Shown here in pieces: positions 19,921 to 30,393 of a stretch of 64,000 bases of DNA. Position 1 is the first letter of the stretch. Every line of letters starts with the position of its first letter. A program made the position numbers and the translations under genes. The notes beneath the pieces are model-generated. The model had not been told where the DNA came from, searched no databases, and worked only from the letters and a program-made list of their open reading frames with translations. The DNA comes from Cyanobacteriota bacterium (GTDB lineage Bacteria; Cyanobacteriota; Cyanobacteriia; Cyanobacteriales; Nostocaceae), in assembly GCA_046045965.1 (NCBI GenBank), contig JBJOKS010000001.1, forward strand, positions 183,118 to 247,117, read 5' to 3'.

Positions 19921-20314
19921 GAGCTTTCAGAAAAGCGATCGCAGTCCTCGATCACAACTTAATAATTTTAAGTAAGTCGGCAAGAAAAAACCGATGCAAT
20001 ACAATATGCAAAAGTTGTGCAATAAGCTAGAATTCTTTGTTACAAGATTTTAATATCTGCTCAAAAATTTTAAAAAACGTAGCGTTTTTAGTAGATAAAC
20101 ATGACAATCAGTAAATCAAGTACAAAATTGAGTGACAAAGCCATGTAACAATAAGGTTTTTATGCTGACTAATTAACGCTGATTGCTGCCTGCTGTCAAA
20201 CGTGGTAGAGTTACAGTATTAATACTGAAAAAGCCTGTTGCACAAAACCACGTGCAACACAAGATGAAAATACCCAAAAGTTGCAACTCATCTACCCAAC
20301 TGGATATACAGCAA

Positions 20315-23300
20315 ATGAGAAAAAAATGGCAGCAACAACTTTATAAATTCAGCATAGCAACTGGGTTAGCAATAACAGGACTGTTCACCAATTTCCAGCA
20401 AAGTGTCTTCGCGCAACTGCAACCAGATCAAACATTAGGAGCAGAAAGCTCAGTTGTTACACCCATTGACGCAGTGAGCGATCGCATAGAAAGAGGTGCA
20501 ACCAGAGGCGTGAATTTATTTCACAGCTTCACAGATTTTAATATTGATGCCAATAGAAATGTTTATTTTGCTAATCCTGTAGGAATTGAAAATATATTAA
20601 CTCGTGTTACTGGTGCTAATCCCTCCCATATTTTAGGAAAACTAGGAGTAGAAGGAACAGCCAACCTATTTTTAATTAATCCCCACGGTCTGATTTTTGG
20701 AGAAAATGCCAGCTTGGATCTTCGCGGTTCATTTATTAGTAGTACAGCCAGTAGTATCCAATTTGCTGATGGGTTTGAATTTAATGCCAATGGTAGCCCA
20801 ATCACACCCCTATTAACCATCAGCGTTCCCCTGGGTTTGCAGTATGGAGTGAACCCAGGGAAAATTCGAGTACAGGGTGATGGTAGCGGTATCAGAACGA
20901 CATCTGAACTGATTGATACTACAGTAGGGTTGCGAGTAGAACCAAATCAAACCTTAGCCTTAGTAGGTGGTGATATTTTCCTAGAAGGTGCAACCCTGAA
21001 AACTGCTGGAGGAAGAATAGAGTTAGGAAGCTTGGGGGATAACAGTTTTGTCAGTCTCACCCCCATCAATAAAGGGTTTTCTTTAGGATATGAAGGAACT
21101 TCTGACTTCAAAAACATCCAATTATCCCAACGAGCAGCGGTAGATGCTAGTGGTTTGGGTGCTGGTGATATTTACATCAAGGGTAAGCGTGTAACTATTA
21201 CTGGTGGTTCGCAGATCGAGTCATCTACTCTGGGGGCTGTATCAGGGGGAAGTTTAGTAGTGAATGCTACTGAATTGCTAAAACTAATTGGTCGCAACAG
21301 TGCCTTGGGCGCTGTAGTTTACCAAAATGCAATAGGAGATGGAGGAAGCTTAACAATCAACACTAATAAATTGCTTGTAGAAGATGGGGCGCAGGTTGAT
21401 ACTACTACATTTGGTGCAGGGAAGGGTGGGAATTTAATTGTCAATGCCACTGATTCTATCCAACTTATTGGTATTGGTGATGGGTTTACTAGCGGCTTGT
21501 TTGCTTCATCTATAGGAGAAGGAGATGCAGGAAACTTGACGATTCACACTAGCAAATTACTCCTACAGGATGGGGCGCAGGTTTCTACTACCATATCAGG
21601 TACAGGTAAGGGTGGGAATTTAATTGTCAATGCTACTGATTCTGTGCAACTTTTTGGTATTGGTGCAGATAGGTTTCCCAGCGGCTTGTTTGCTTCATCT
21701 AGAGGAGAAGGAGATGCAGGAAACTTAATAATTAATACTAGTAATTTACTCGTACAGGATGGGGCGCAGGTTTCTACTACCATATCAGGTACAGGTAAGG
21801 GTGGGAATTTAATTGTCAATGCTACTGATTCTGTGCAGCTTATTGGTATTGGTAATGGGTTTACTAGCGGCTTATTTGCTTCATCTTCAGGTGAAGGAGA
21901 TGCAGGAAACTTAATAATTAATACTAGCAAATTACTCCTACAGGATGGGGCGCAGGTCTCTTCTGACACATTTGGTGCAGGAGATGCAGGAGACTTGACG
22001 ATTAATACCAATAAATTGGTTTTACAAGATGGGTCGCAGATTTCAAGTGGCACAAGAGGTGCAGGGAAGGGTGGAAACTTAACTGTCAATGCTACTGTTT
22101 CTATACAAGTTATTGGTATTGATGCAGATGGGTTTCCCAGCGGCTTGTTTACTCCATCTGAAGGAGAAGGAGATGCAGGAGACTTAACGATTAATACCAA
22201 TAAATTGGTTTTACAAGATGGGTCGCAGATTACAAGTGGCACAAGAGGTGCAGGAGATGCAGGAGACTTGACGATTAATACTGATCAGTTGCTCGTACAA
22301 GATGGGTCGCAGGTTTCTACTGGCACATTCAGTGCAGGGAAGGGTGGAAATTTAACTGTCAATGCCACGGATTTTGTACAAGTTATTGGTATTGGTACTG
22401 GTGAAAATGCTTTTCCCAGCGGCTTGTTTGCTTCATCTAATGGTGAAGGAGATGCAGGAGACCTGACTATTAATACTGATAAGTTACTTGTACAAGATGG
22501 AGCGGGAGTTACTACTGGCACATTCAGTGCAGGGAAAGGTGGAAATTTAATTGTCAATGCCACTGACTATGTTCAACTTATCGGCAATAGCGGCTTGTCT
22601 GCTGCATCTGGTGGGGCAATGTTCAGTAATCCCAACACAACGGGAAACGGGGGAAACTTGACCATTAACACCAGTAAATTACTCGTACAAGATGGCGCTA
22701 TTGTAACTGTAAATGCTATTGGCAACGGCAATGCAGGTAATATAGAAATAAATTCTCGCTCTATTCGCTTAGAAAACAACGCCACCATCAGTGGTAATAC
22801 CACTAGCATCACTACAAACCCCAATCAACCGCAAGCAACTATTAACATTCGTTCCCAAGATTTAATCTTACGTCGTGGTAGCAATATCACTACCAACGCC
22901 CAAGGGGATAATGTCATTGGTGGTGACATCAACATTCAAACCGATGTCTTAGCCGCACTTAACAATAGTGATATTAGTGCCAATTCCACTGACTTTCGCG
23001 GTGGTACAATAACCATCCAAGCTCAAGGTATTTTTGGTACAGAATTCCGGGATGCAATTACTCCTGAAAGCGATATTACCGCAACGGGGGCAAATCCTCA
23101 GTTGAGTGGTACAGTGCAAATCATTACCCCTGATGTAGACCCCACTTCTGGGTTAATAGATTTACCAACTAATGTAATTGATGCAGAATCATTAGTAGGA
23201 AAAGATATTTGTTCAGCAGAACAACGTGCTAAGAAGAGTTCTTTTACAATTATTGGTAGGGGTGGTTTACCTGCTGAGTCTGATGAATTAATTAGTAATT

Positions 23301-23542
23301 CTCCAGGCTTAGTAGAATGGGCAACTCGTTCACAAAATCAGGAGATTTCATCCGTTGTTCAGCGTCAGCAAGAAAGAATAAATCATCAACAAGCAAATAT
23401 TACTCACCGTGTAATTCAGGAAGCACAAGGATGGATCATTACTGCTGATGGTAAAGTGATTCTCACAGCAGCAGCGCCAAATGTAACACCTCAAAATTCT
23501 GGTTTAAATCATCCTAACTGTCATGTTTCTATTGGTAATTAG
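20315..23542 (+). CDS. Filamentous-haemagglutinin-family (TpsA-like) secreted beta-helix exoprotein with internal repeats
   Basis: Signal peptide ..VFAQ, NLFHSF, LFLINPHGLIFG secretion domain, GDAGNLTINT repeats, C-terminal GRGGLP and EAQGW; start set at ATG 20315. Confidence 0.9.
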   Translation: MRKKWQQQLYKFSIATGLAITGLFTNFQQSVFAQLQPDQTLGAESSVVTPIDAVSDRIERGATRGVNLFHSFTDFNIDANRNVYFANPVGIENILTRVTGANPSHILGKLGVEGTANLFLINPHGLIFGENASLDLRGSFISSTASSIQFADGFEFNANGSPITPLLTISVPLGLQYGVNPGKIRVQGDGSGIRTTSELIDTTVGLRVEPNQTLALVGGDIFLEGATLKTAGGRIELGSLGDNSFVSLTPINKGFSLGYEGTSDFKNIQLSQRAAVDASGLGAGDIYIKGKRVTITGGSQIESSTLGAVSGGSLVVNATELLKLIGRNSALGAVVYQNAIGDGGSLTINTNKLLVEDGAQVDTTTFGAGKGGNLIVNATDSIQLIGIGDGFTSGLFASSIGEGDAGNLTIHTSKLLLQDGAQVSTTISGTGKGGNLIVNATDSVQLFGIGADRFPSGLFASSRGEGDAGNLIINTSNLLVQDGAQVSTTISGTGKGGNLIVNATDSVQLIGIGNGFTSGLFASSSGEGDAGNLIINTSKLLLQDGAQVSSDTFGAGDAGDLTINTNKLVLQDGSQISSGTRGAGKGGNLTVNATVSIQVIGIDADGFPSGLFTPSEGEGDAGDLTINTNKLVLQDGSQITSGTRGAGDAGDLTINTDQLLVQDGSQVSTGTFSAGKGGNLTVNATDFVQVIGIGTGENAFPSGLFASSNGEGDAGDLTINTDKLLVQDGAGVTTGTFSAGKGGNLIVNATDYVQLIGNSGLSAASGGAMFSNPNTTGNGGNLTINTSKLLVQDGAIVTVNAIGNGNAGNIEINSRSIRLENNATISGNTTSITTNPNQPQATINIRSQDLILRRGSNITTNAQGDNVIGGDINIQTDVLAALNNSDISANSTDFRGGTITIQAQGIFGTEFRDAITPESDITATGANPQLSGTVQIITPDVDPTSGLIDLPTNVIDAESLVGKDICSAEQRAKKSSFTIIGRGGLPAESDELISNSPGLVEWATRSQNQEISSVVQRQQERINHQQANITHRVIQEAQGWIITADGKVILTAAAPNVTPQNSGLNHPNCHVSIGN
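21330..22720 (+). repeat. Intragenic tandem repeats (~84-180 bp units) of the beta-helix stalk
   Basis: Near-identical DNA blocks, e.g. caggatggggcgcaggtttctactaccatatcaggtacaggtaagggtgggaatttaattgtcaatgctactgattctgtgca at ~21566 and ~21755. Confidence 0.85.
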
Positions 23543-23637
23543 CTTTTTATACTGAAATTCCAGACTTCTCAAAAAAGCAAGGGATCTTGTAAATTGTTAT
23601 AGAATTAGAATTGTTGTGATGTTCTCTATTATCTAAA

Positions 23638-25470
23638 GTGTCTGAATCTCTACAAGATAAATACCTAGCATTAATTGATGAAATAGTCGAAACCACCCTC
23701 AAGGGCAAAATTAGCTCTGTAGAACAGGTATATCAAATGTTACTCAAAGCTATCGCTTCTGGTACGGGGGAAATATTTGAGTTAGCATTGAGCGATCGCC
23801 TCAATACCATCCAAACCCAGGTAGACAGCGAAAAAGACGAACTCAAAAAAGCCAAAGCCACCCGTAGTTTAAGAGCCATTAAAACCATTCAAACACAATG
23901 GCAACGCTGGCAAGAGCAAAACAAAGCCATAGAAGCCATCGCTTTAGCAATACGCGAAATTACCATTGCCAGCAATGATGAGCGTTTGTCTGTATTACTA
24001 CGCTACACCGATCCTAATCAAAAACATCCCTTAAATTTATCGCAACTACAACAATTAGCCAAATCCTTACAACAATTTGGTGCAGCTAACACAGATTTAA
24101 CGCAGATATCCATAGGTATTACTCAGGGTATCGCTTCTTGGCAACGTATCCAAGAAAACCTCCTCAGTTGGATGTATGAACAAAAAAATTCTCTCGGTTT
24201 TGGTGGAGTACCCGGAGAAAGTGGACCTTGGGCAAGTTGGGCAAAATTAGTTAAAAGCGAAATACCACAATCATTTTTTCACACCTTAGCAATAGAACAA
24301 TCTGCAATTGAATTTACCCAAAAACAACAAAACATTAACCTCAGCAATTGGGTAGAATTAGCAATAGTTTTACAATTCCTACAACGGGGATTAATTACTT
24401 GGTTTGATCAACAAGCTTATGATATTCAAGCAGGTCCTAAATTATCCATTTCCACATTTTTAACCTTTGCCGTAATTTGGAGTCAATTAGCAAACGGTTT
24501 TCAAAATCAATCAATAATATATAGTAATGGTGCTTCACAAATAATGCTCCAAATTTTGCGAACCTTTGCCCAACGTCCTTATTTTCCTCTTTACGGTGGG
24601 ATTTTTGCTTCCTTTTCTGGTAGTTATTTACGGGATGCACTAGATTATTTAGATGAACCTCTGCGTTCTGCGGAAGGAACACAAGAAAAAGCCAGAATTT
24701 TAACATTATTGGGTTATTCTCAACGAGCTTTAGGAAATTATCCACGCTCAATAAATTTCCATCAACAAGCTTTAGAAATATCTAGAAATGCTAGAGATAC
24801 AGCTTGTGAAATTGCTAATCTTAATCATCTTAGTCGTACTTATCTCCAGGAAAAAAATTATGCTGAAGCCATTCACCATAGTCAAAGAGCATTAATATTA
24901 AGTAGACAAACTGGAGACAAAACTGGAGAAACTAACGCGCTGGTAAATTTAGGTTATAGTGAAGTTATTCAAGCACAGCAATTAGAAATCATCGACGCAG
25001 AAGTTTATGAAGCCGCAATTAATTATTTAGAACAAGGTTTAAAGTTAGCGGAAAAATTAGGTGATATTCAAACTCAATCTTTATGTTTTAGCAGTTTAGG
25101 TATTGCTTATTTAGTCACTGCACAACACGAAAAAGCTATTAAATATCTAGAAATCGGTTTTAAAACCGCCCAAGTTTCGGGAGATTTATATACTCAAGGT
25201 CGAAATTTAGCCTATTTATCAGAAGCATATTACAACCTATTAAATTTTGAAAAAGCCATTTATACTGGTGCTTTAGGAATGTATTTATTAGAGCAAATTT
25301 CATCTCAAGAGTGGAAACAACCCGCAGGTTTATTAAGCACAATAAAAAGACAACTGGGAGAAGATAAATTCCAAGTTTTACTGCAACAAAACCGCCCCAA
25401 AATTATTTCTGTTATCGGTGTAGACGGTTATGATTATATTCCTGAATTATTGGAAAAATATCAGAATTAG
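23638..25470 (+). CDS. Tetratricopeptide-repeat protein
   Basis: C-terminal TPR-like repeats (HQQALEISR, EIANLNHLS, ALVNLG, SLGIAY); GTG start. Confidence 0.85.
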   Translation: MSESLQDKYLALIDEIVETTLKGKISSVEQVYQMLLKAIASGTGEIFELALSDRLNTIQTQVDSEKDELKKAKATRSLRAIKTIQTQWQRWQEQNKAIEAIALAIREITIASNDERLSVLLRYTDPNQKHPLNLSQLQQLAKSLQQFGAANTDLTQISIGITQGIASWQRIQENLLSWMYEQKNSLGFGGVPGESGPWASWAKLVKSEIPQSFFHTLAIEQSAIEFTQKQQNINLSNWVELAIVLQFLQRGLITWFDQQAYDIQAGPKLSISTFLTFAVIWSQLANGFQNQSIIYSNGASQIMLQILRTFAQRPYFPLYGGIFASFSGSYLRDALDYLDEPLRSAEGTQEKARILTLLGYSQRALGNYPRSINFHQQALEISRNARDTACEIANLNHLSRTYLQEKNYAEAIHHSQRALILSRQTGDKTGETNALVNLGYSEVIQAQQLEIIDAEVYEAAINYLEQGLKLAEKLGDIQTQSLCFSSLGIAYLVTAQHEKAIKYLEIGFKTAQVSGDLYTQGRNLAYLSEAYYNLLNFEKAIYTGALGMYLLEQISSQEWKQPAGLLSTIKRQLGEDKFQVLLQQNRPKIISVIGVDGYDYIPELLEKYQN

Positions 25471-25542
25471 TCATTAGTCATTAGTCATTGGTCATTAGGG
25501 TTCTAATTTTGACTTTTGACTTTTGACTTTTGACTTGGGTTG

Positions 25543-26430
25543 TCACCTATTCCCCATCACCTTCTTCAAAAATTGGGGAATTTGAGCAGGATATTCAGCC
25601 ACTGGAACTTGTGCAGCTTGGAAAGCAGCTAATTTATTTTGAGTCGTGCCAAAATTAGGATCACGTCTAACAACAGTTGCTAAATTTCCTGTTTGATGCC
25701 AAGATTTAGTTGTTGGTGCGTGTCTACCAGCAATATAAGCAATAACTGGTTTATCAATAGCTTCAGTTATATACCGTGCAGCAGCTTCTTCACTTTCTCC
25801 CCCTGGTTGGCCGACTAAAACGATCGCTTCCGTAGTTTCGTCCTCATCGAGAATTTGTAACCATTGAGAAAAGGATGAACCAACAATAGCATCACTACCA
25901 ATACTGACACTAATTGACTGACCCAAACCAGCTTTAGTTAATTCCCAAGCTACTTCATAAGTAAGAGTGCTACTACGACTAACAATTCCCACATTTCCAG
26001 GAGTATAAAATTCACTAGGTTGAGTTCCTAAAAGAATTTTGCCAGGAACAATAATTCCCGGACTATTAGGACCTACTACGAGAATTTCATGACTTTCTGT
26101 TTTGCGGAGTAATGTCACCATATCCAAAGGTGGTACACCAGCAGAAATAATAATTATCTGTCTAATATTAGCAGCGATCGCTTCTAAGGCCGCATCCAAA
26201 ACTTGGTAAGGATGTACACAAATAATCGTCGTATCAATTTGCCCAAATTTTGATATTGCTTCCTCTACTAAGTCAAACACTGGTAGATCGTAGATTTGCT
26301 TTCCACCAGATCCAGGATCAACACCAGCTAACAAATTAGTACCATAAGCTTTCATTTGAGCAATATGAGTTGCTGATATAAATTCACAGAACCCTTGAAT
26401 TAAAACTTTACTGTCTGGTTTTAAGTTCAT
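25543..26430 (-). CDS. sucD: Succinate-CoA ligase alpha subunit (divergent)
   Basis: VLIQG, YGTN..AGV, GPNSPGIIVPG, GIVSRSSTLTYE, KPVIAYIAG. Confidence 0.85.
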   Translation of the reverse strand: MNLKPDSKVLIQGFCEFISATHIAQMKAYGTNLLAGVDPGSGGKQIYDLPVFDLVEEAISKFGQIDTTIICVHPYQVLDAALEAIAANIRQIIIISAGVPPLDMVTLLRKTESHEILVVGPNSPGIIVPGKILLGTQPSEFYTPGNVGIVSRSSTLTYEVAWELTKAGLGQSISVSIGSDAIVGSSFSQWLQILDEDETTEAIVLVGQPGGESEEAAARYITEAIDKPVIAYIAGRHAPTTKSWHQTGNLATVVRRDPNFGTTQNKLAAFQAAQVPVAEYPAQIPQFLKKVMGNR

Positions 26431-26530
26431 AAAATTTAGTTATTGGTCATTAGTCATTGGTCATTAGTTATTAGTTATTAGTTATTAGTTATTAGTCATG
26501 TAACTGATAACTGATAACTGATAACTGTTA

Positions 26531-27748
26531 CTACTTTTTGTAAGCTGGTAACTTAGCCAAACGAACTGCTTGTTTTACGGCCTCATCTAAATTTTCTACT
26601 ACTATTAGCGTCTCAGCTTCTGGTTTGAGTGCAGCTAAATATTTCCTAGCATCATCAAAATCAGCCCCAGCCAGACGTATAACCAACCTGGGTAAGTATT
26701 TGGGCAGATTTTTACTGCCATTGGTAAGATGAGATTTGAGTTCTTTGGGATCTAGTTGTATAAAATTAGCAATAACTTCCGGCATTTGGGAAACTTGAGG
26801 AATAGTCCCCAAAAAGTTCATCAAAATTACTTGAATGCTTTTGTCAGCAGCTAAAATTTTTAGACCTGTTTCTAGGCGATCGCAAAAAGTAGTTGGTGCG
26901 GTATCAGTCAAAAAAGAATGTCGTAAATTCAAAGACACACCAAATTTACCACCTGCATTAACTACAGCATCCAAGGTTGTCAACACTGAACCAGTACCAT
27001 TGCCTAATATACCGATTTTGCTCTGGTTTCCCGATCCATTACTATCACCCAAGATGCTGTTAATCTTACTAATCTTATGACGACCCAGCATTTTTGCCGC
27101 CATTTGAGCTATTTCTGGATGTCGGTTAATTGCTCTTTCATTGACTCTGACTTTACCATTGAGTGCCATCACTTGCCCAGAAGCACTAACAGCTAGAGGA
27201 TTAATCTCTACTAAATCTAAATCCTTCTGCACAAATAACTGATACATTTTTTCCACAATATTGCTTACCGACTGCATCAGCGCACCCTGTAAGCCCATTT
27301 TCAATCCCAATCTTCTGGCATAAAATGGCGAAAATTCCTGTTCTACAACCACATATTGCATTTTCTCCCCTGGAGATTCCCAATCAATATCCGGTTCTTT
27401 GCAACCTAAAAGCACCGGACGACACAGGGCTGTATCTAGAACTACCGCCAGATAAAATTCATCCTTGGCATCATACTTAGTTTCCGCCAGTAAAACCTCT
27501 GGTAATTCTCCCCAAATAGGTAAATTAAAGATATTTTGAGCAGCTGCGATCGCATCAATAGTGGTTTCTACAATTCTGACACCACCAGCTTTAGCCCGTT
27601 CATCTGCGTGTACTTGCGATTTTAGTACAATGGGATAGCGAATTTTTAACCGTTTTAAATCTGTAGGATGGTCAATTCGTTGAGATGGTAAGACAGGAAT
27701 GCCCATCTTATTAAACCATTCTTTAACTTGGTACTCCAATAAATCCAT
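26531..27748 (-). CDS. sucC: Succinate-CoA ligase beta subunit (divergent)
   Basis: MDLLEYQ, KSQVH...KAGGV, EFYLAV, VEINPL, RLAG; adjacent to sucD. Confidence 0.85.
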   Translation of the reverse strand: MDLLEYQVKEWFNKMGIPVLPSQRIDHPTDLKRLKIRYPIVLKSQVHADERAKAGGVRIVETTIDAIAAAQNIFNLPIWGELPEVLLAETKYDAKDEFYLAVVLDTALCRPVLLGCKEPDIDWESPGEKMQYVVVEQEFSPFYARRLGLKMGLQGALMQSVSNIVEKMYQLFVQKDLDLVEINPLAVSASGQVMALNGKVRVNERAINRHPEIAQMAAKMLGRHKISKINSILGDSNGSGNQSKIGILGNGTGSVLTTLDAVVNAGGKFGVSLNLRHSFLTDTAPTTFCDRLETGLKILAADKSIQVILMNFLGTIPQVSQMPEVIANFIQLDPKELKSHLTNGSKNLPKYLPRLVIRLAGADFDDARKYLAALKPEAETLIVVENLDEAVKQAVRLAKLPAYKK

Positions 27749-28261
27749 TGACACACACCTTGTATTAACAATTCCAAAGCTGATTCCTAGTGATGTCTAA
27801 TCGTTTACACAGCACTTAGATTACATAATCACGCTTTGGTTGGCCAGAAAATTGATTTAGCACGAATCAATTTTATCGAATTCAGTAATAGTGGTAAATT
27901 CATTTTGAGAATCTCAACCGCTGCTATTTGGTTGATCAGACTTTTTGCTCCTCTTTGGTAAACTTGCCAGTCTCAAAAATTACTAGGATCTTCTTGTATA
28001 TTTTTCCCCAAATAATTTATACTCGCATTTGGATTGTCCAATTTATTATCTAGTAGTATAAAAAAGCCAAAGACAAAAACATCGCTGCTCCCTTGCTTAC
28101 TGGTGATAGATAGAACTTTGTGCTTAGAAGTTGTTCTCTGGGACAGGTAACTGGGATTAGTAAAACTATGTATCCTTATGTAACAAAGACCATTACTCTA
28201 TTTCATCTGCTCCAAGATAATAAAAACTATAAAACTATATAGAACATTAGCAGTAGCCATT

Positions 28262-30283
28262 ATGAAAGTAACATTCCAAAAAGAAGATATCCAACTTCTA
28301 GCCAGTATTTTACAGGAACAAATACTGATGGAACTGCCATCTGTCCCTGTTCTCCAGGTTAAATGCGCTGTCCAAAATGACGAACTGATGATTTTAACTC
28401 AACATCCTCCAGGTGTAGCAGTCGATACAGAAAAAATATTTACTATTCTTGAAGAATCGCTCCAGTGGCAATCTCAATACCATGGTCAAAGGGTACAATT
28501 TTATGTCAGGGTTTCAGGAGAAAAGCTACCCTATGCTAAACATTCGATAATTATCAAAGCTAAGGGGATCGAGGCAGAACAGCACATTTTGTTGCCGGAA
28601 TCAAACAATGGCTTAGATCACAGTGCTGGTAAAAACCAGCTAATTTTTCCACCACTGGAAATTCCCGAACTCTCATCTGCTGTTGCGGACAATAATATTT
28701 TGGATCATCCATTTAGTTTACTAAAAGATGATCATATCTCGGATACTTCATTTAGTTCGCTAGAAGATGATCATAACTCGGATACTTCATTTAGTTCCCC
28801 AACTGATGACAATATCTCGGATCATCCATTGAGTTCAGACAGTTCATTTGGCTCAAATAACTCATTTAGCTCAGATACTCTACTCAGACCAAATACATCA
28901 TTTAGCCCGGATGCTACATTGAGTTCAGATAGGTCGTTTCTGGATGAGAGTGAGAATGATGTAGCGGCCGAAGAAAAGTTTGACCCCTTTGCAGGAACAG
29001 AAAACCTACCAAAGCGCAGAAGACAGATGATATTACTGCCATCTTTACCCATCCTCTTAGGTGGAGTATTGGGGGTCAGTGTTATTTTGGGAGGTGGTGC
29101 TTTCTTTCTTAACCGCGCTTGTGTGATTGGCGAATGTAAAGAATTACAAACAGCCGAGCAATTCAAAAGTGAGACTCAGCAATTAATTCGTAAAGCTAAA
29201 TCTCCACAAGAACTAATAGCAGTACAACAAAAACTAGATAAAATTATTTCTGATCTCAAAGTCATTCCTCAATGGTCTCCTCGTTATCAACCAGCGCAGG
29301 AACTGACGTTAAGTTTTTCTGACCACTCAAGAAAAATTGACCAGGTGGTAAAAGCTTTACAAGCAGCATCAGCAACAGAGCAAAAAACCCAAACTCCGGC
29401 AACTAGCTTGGATGAATTACGCAGCCGACAAGCTTTATGGCGACAAGTAATTACACCACTAGAATCTATCAAAGCAGGTGATGAACTCTATGGTCTAGTG
29501 CAGGGAAAATTGCCAAAATATAAAAGCAATTTACAAGCGATCAATCAGCAGTTGCTCAATGAAGAATCATGGCAGAAAAAACTTACCACAGCCAAAACTT
29601 TAGCTGATTCAGCCAGCAAACGCCAAGTTACTGCTAAAACTGGTAATGACTGGCAAAGAGTACAATTTGCTTGGCAAGAGGTTGTCAATAATTTGACAAG
29701 TATTCCCGCAACCAGCACAGCACACCAGGAAGCTAAAAACCTGTTAGTGGAATATCAACCGAAACTCACATTGGCACGCAATATAGCTAAAAGAGAAACT
29801 ACGGCAGCTACAACCTATCAAAAGGCTGTCAAATTGGCTAATCAGGCTAAAGTCTATGAAGCACAAAATCAATGGCAGACAGCAATAGCATCTTGGCGAC
29901 AAGCTGTACAGACGGCTAAACAGGTTTCTCAAGATAGTTCCAGCTACAGTCAAGCACAGTCACTCATTCAAACCTATTCCACAGCCTTAACACAGGCACA
30001 GCAAAAACAGCAACTTTATGGGAATTTGGCACAAAGTCGCGCTGATTTAGGAAAAATATGTGTTAGTGGGATACGGTTATGCACTTTCACAATTGAAGAT
30101 AGAGGTATTATTGTCCGTCTAACCCCAGACTATGACCAACGACTACAAACTCCTAGTGCTGATATACAAAATCACTTCCAAACTTTGCAACAGGCTCTAG
30201 GAGTAATTAGTGACAATGCCAACTTACCCATATTTCTTTATAATTCTCAAGGACAAGAAAGGTATATGAAAAAGCCACAATAA
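28262..30283 (+). CDS. Conserved cyanobacterial bitopic membrane protein (acidic Ser-rich linker, one TM helix, helical-repeat C-terminal domain)
   Basis: TM ILLGGVLGVSVILGGGAFFL, CVIGEC, Trp-periodic helical repeats. Confidence 0.75.
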   Translation: MKVTFQKEDIQLLASILQEQILMELPSVPVLQVKCAVQNDELMILTQHPPGVAVDTEKIFTILEESLQWQSQYHGQRVQFYVRVSGEKLPYAKHSIIIKAKGIEAEQHILLPESNNGLDHSAGKNQLIFPPLEIPELSSAVADNNILDHPFSLLKDDHISDTSFSSLEDDHNSDTSFSSPTDDNISDHPLSSDSSFGSNNSFSSDTLLRPNTSFSPDATLSSDRSFLDESENDVAAEEKFDPFAGTENLPKRRRQMILLPSLPILLGGVLGVSVILGGGAFFLNRACVIGECKELQTAEQFKSETQQLIRKAKSPQELIAVQQKLDKIISDLKVIPQWSPRYQPAQELTLSFSDHSRKIDQVVKALQAASATEQKTQTPATSLDELRSRQALWRQVITPLESIKAGDELYGLVQGKLPKYKSNLQAINQQLLNEESWQKKLTTAKTLADSASKRQVTAKTGNDWQRVQFAWQEVVNNLTSIPATSTAHQEAKNLLVEYQPKLTLARNIAKRETTAATTYQKAVKLANQAKVYEAQNQWQTAIASWRQAVQTAKQVSQDSSSYSQAQSLIQTYSTALTQAQQKQQLYGNLAQSRADLGKICVSGIRLCTFTIEDRGIIVRLTPDYDQRLQTPSADIQNHFQTLQQALGVISDNANLPIFLYNSQGQERYMKKPQ

Positions 30284-30393
30284 TTCATAATTCATAGTTC
30301 ATAATTCATAATTGGGAATTAGGTGACAGGAGTCAGGAGTCAAAAGTTCTTTAATTTTGACTTTTGACTTTTGACTTGATTTGTCCCCAGTCC

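Noticed and set aside
21544..22824. Long minus-strand ORFs (232, 92, 83 aa)
   Set aside because: Antisense shadows of the repetitive haemagglutinin-like gene.
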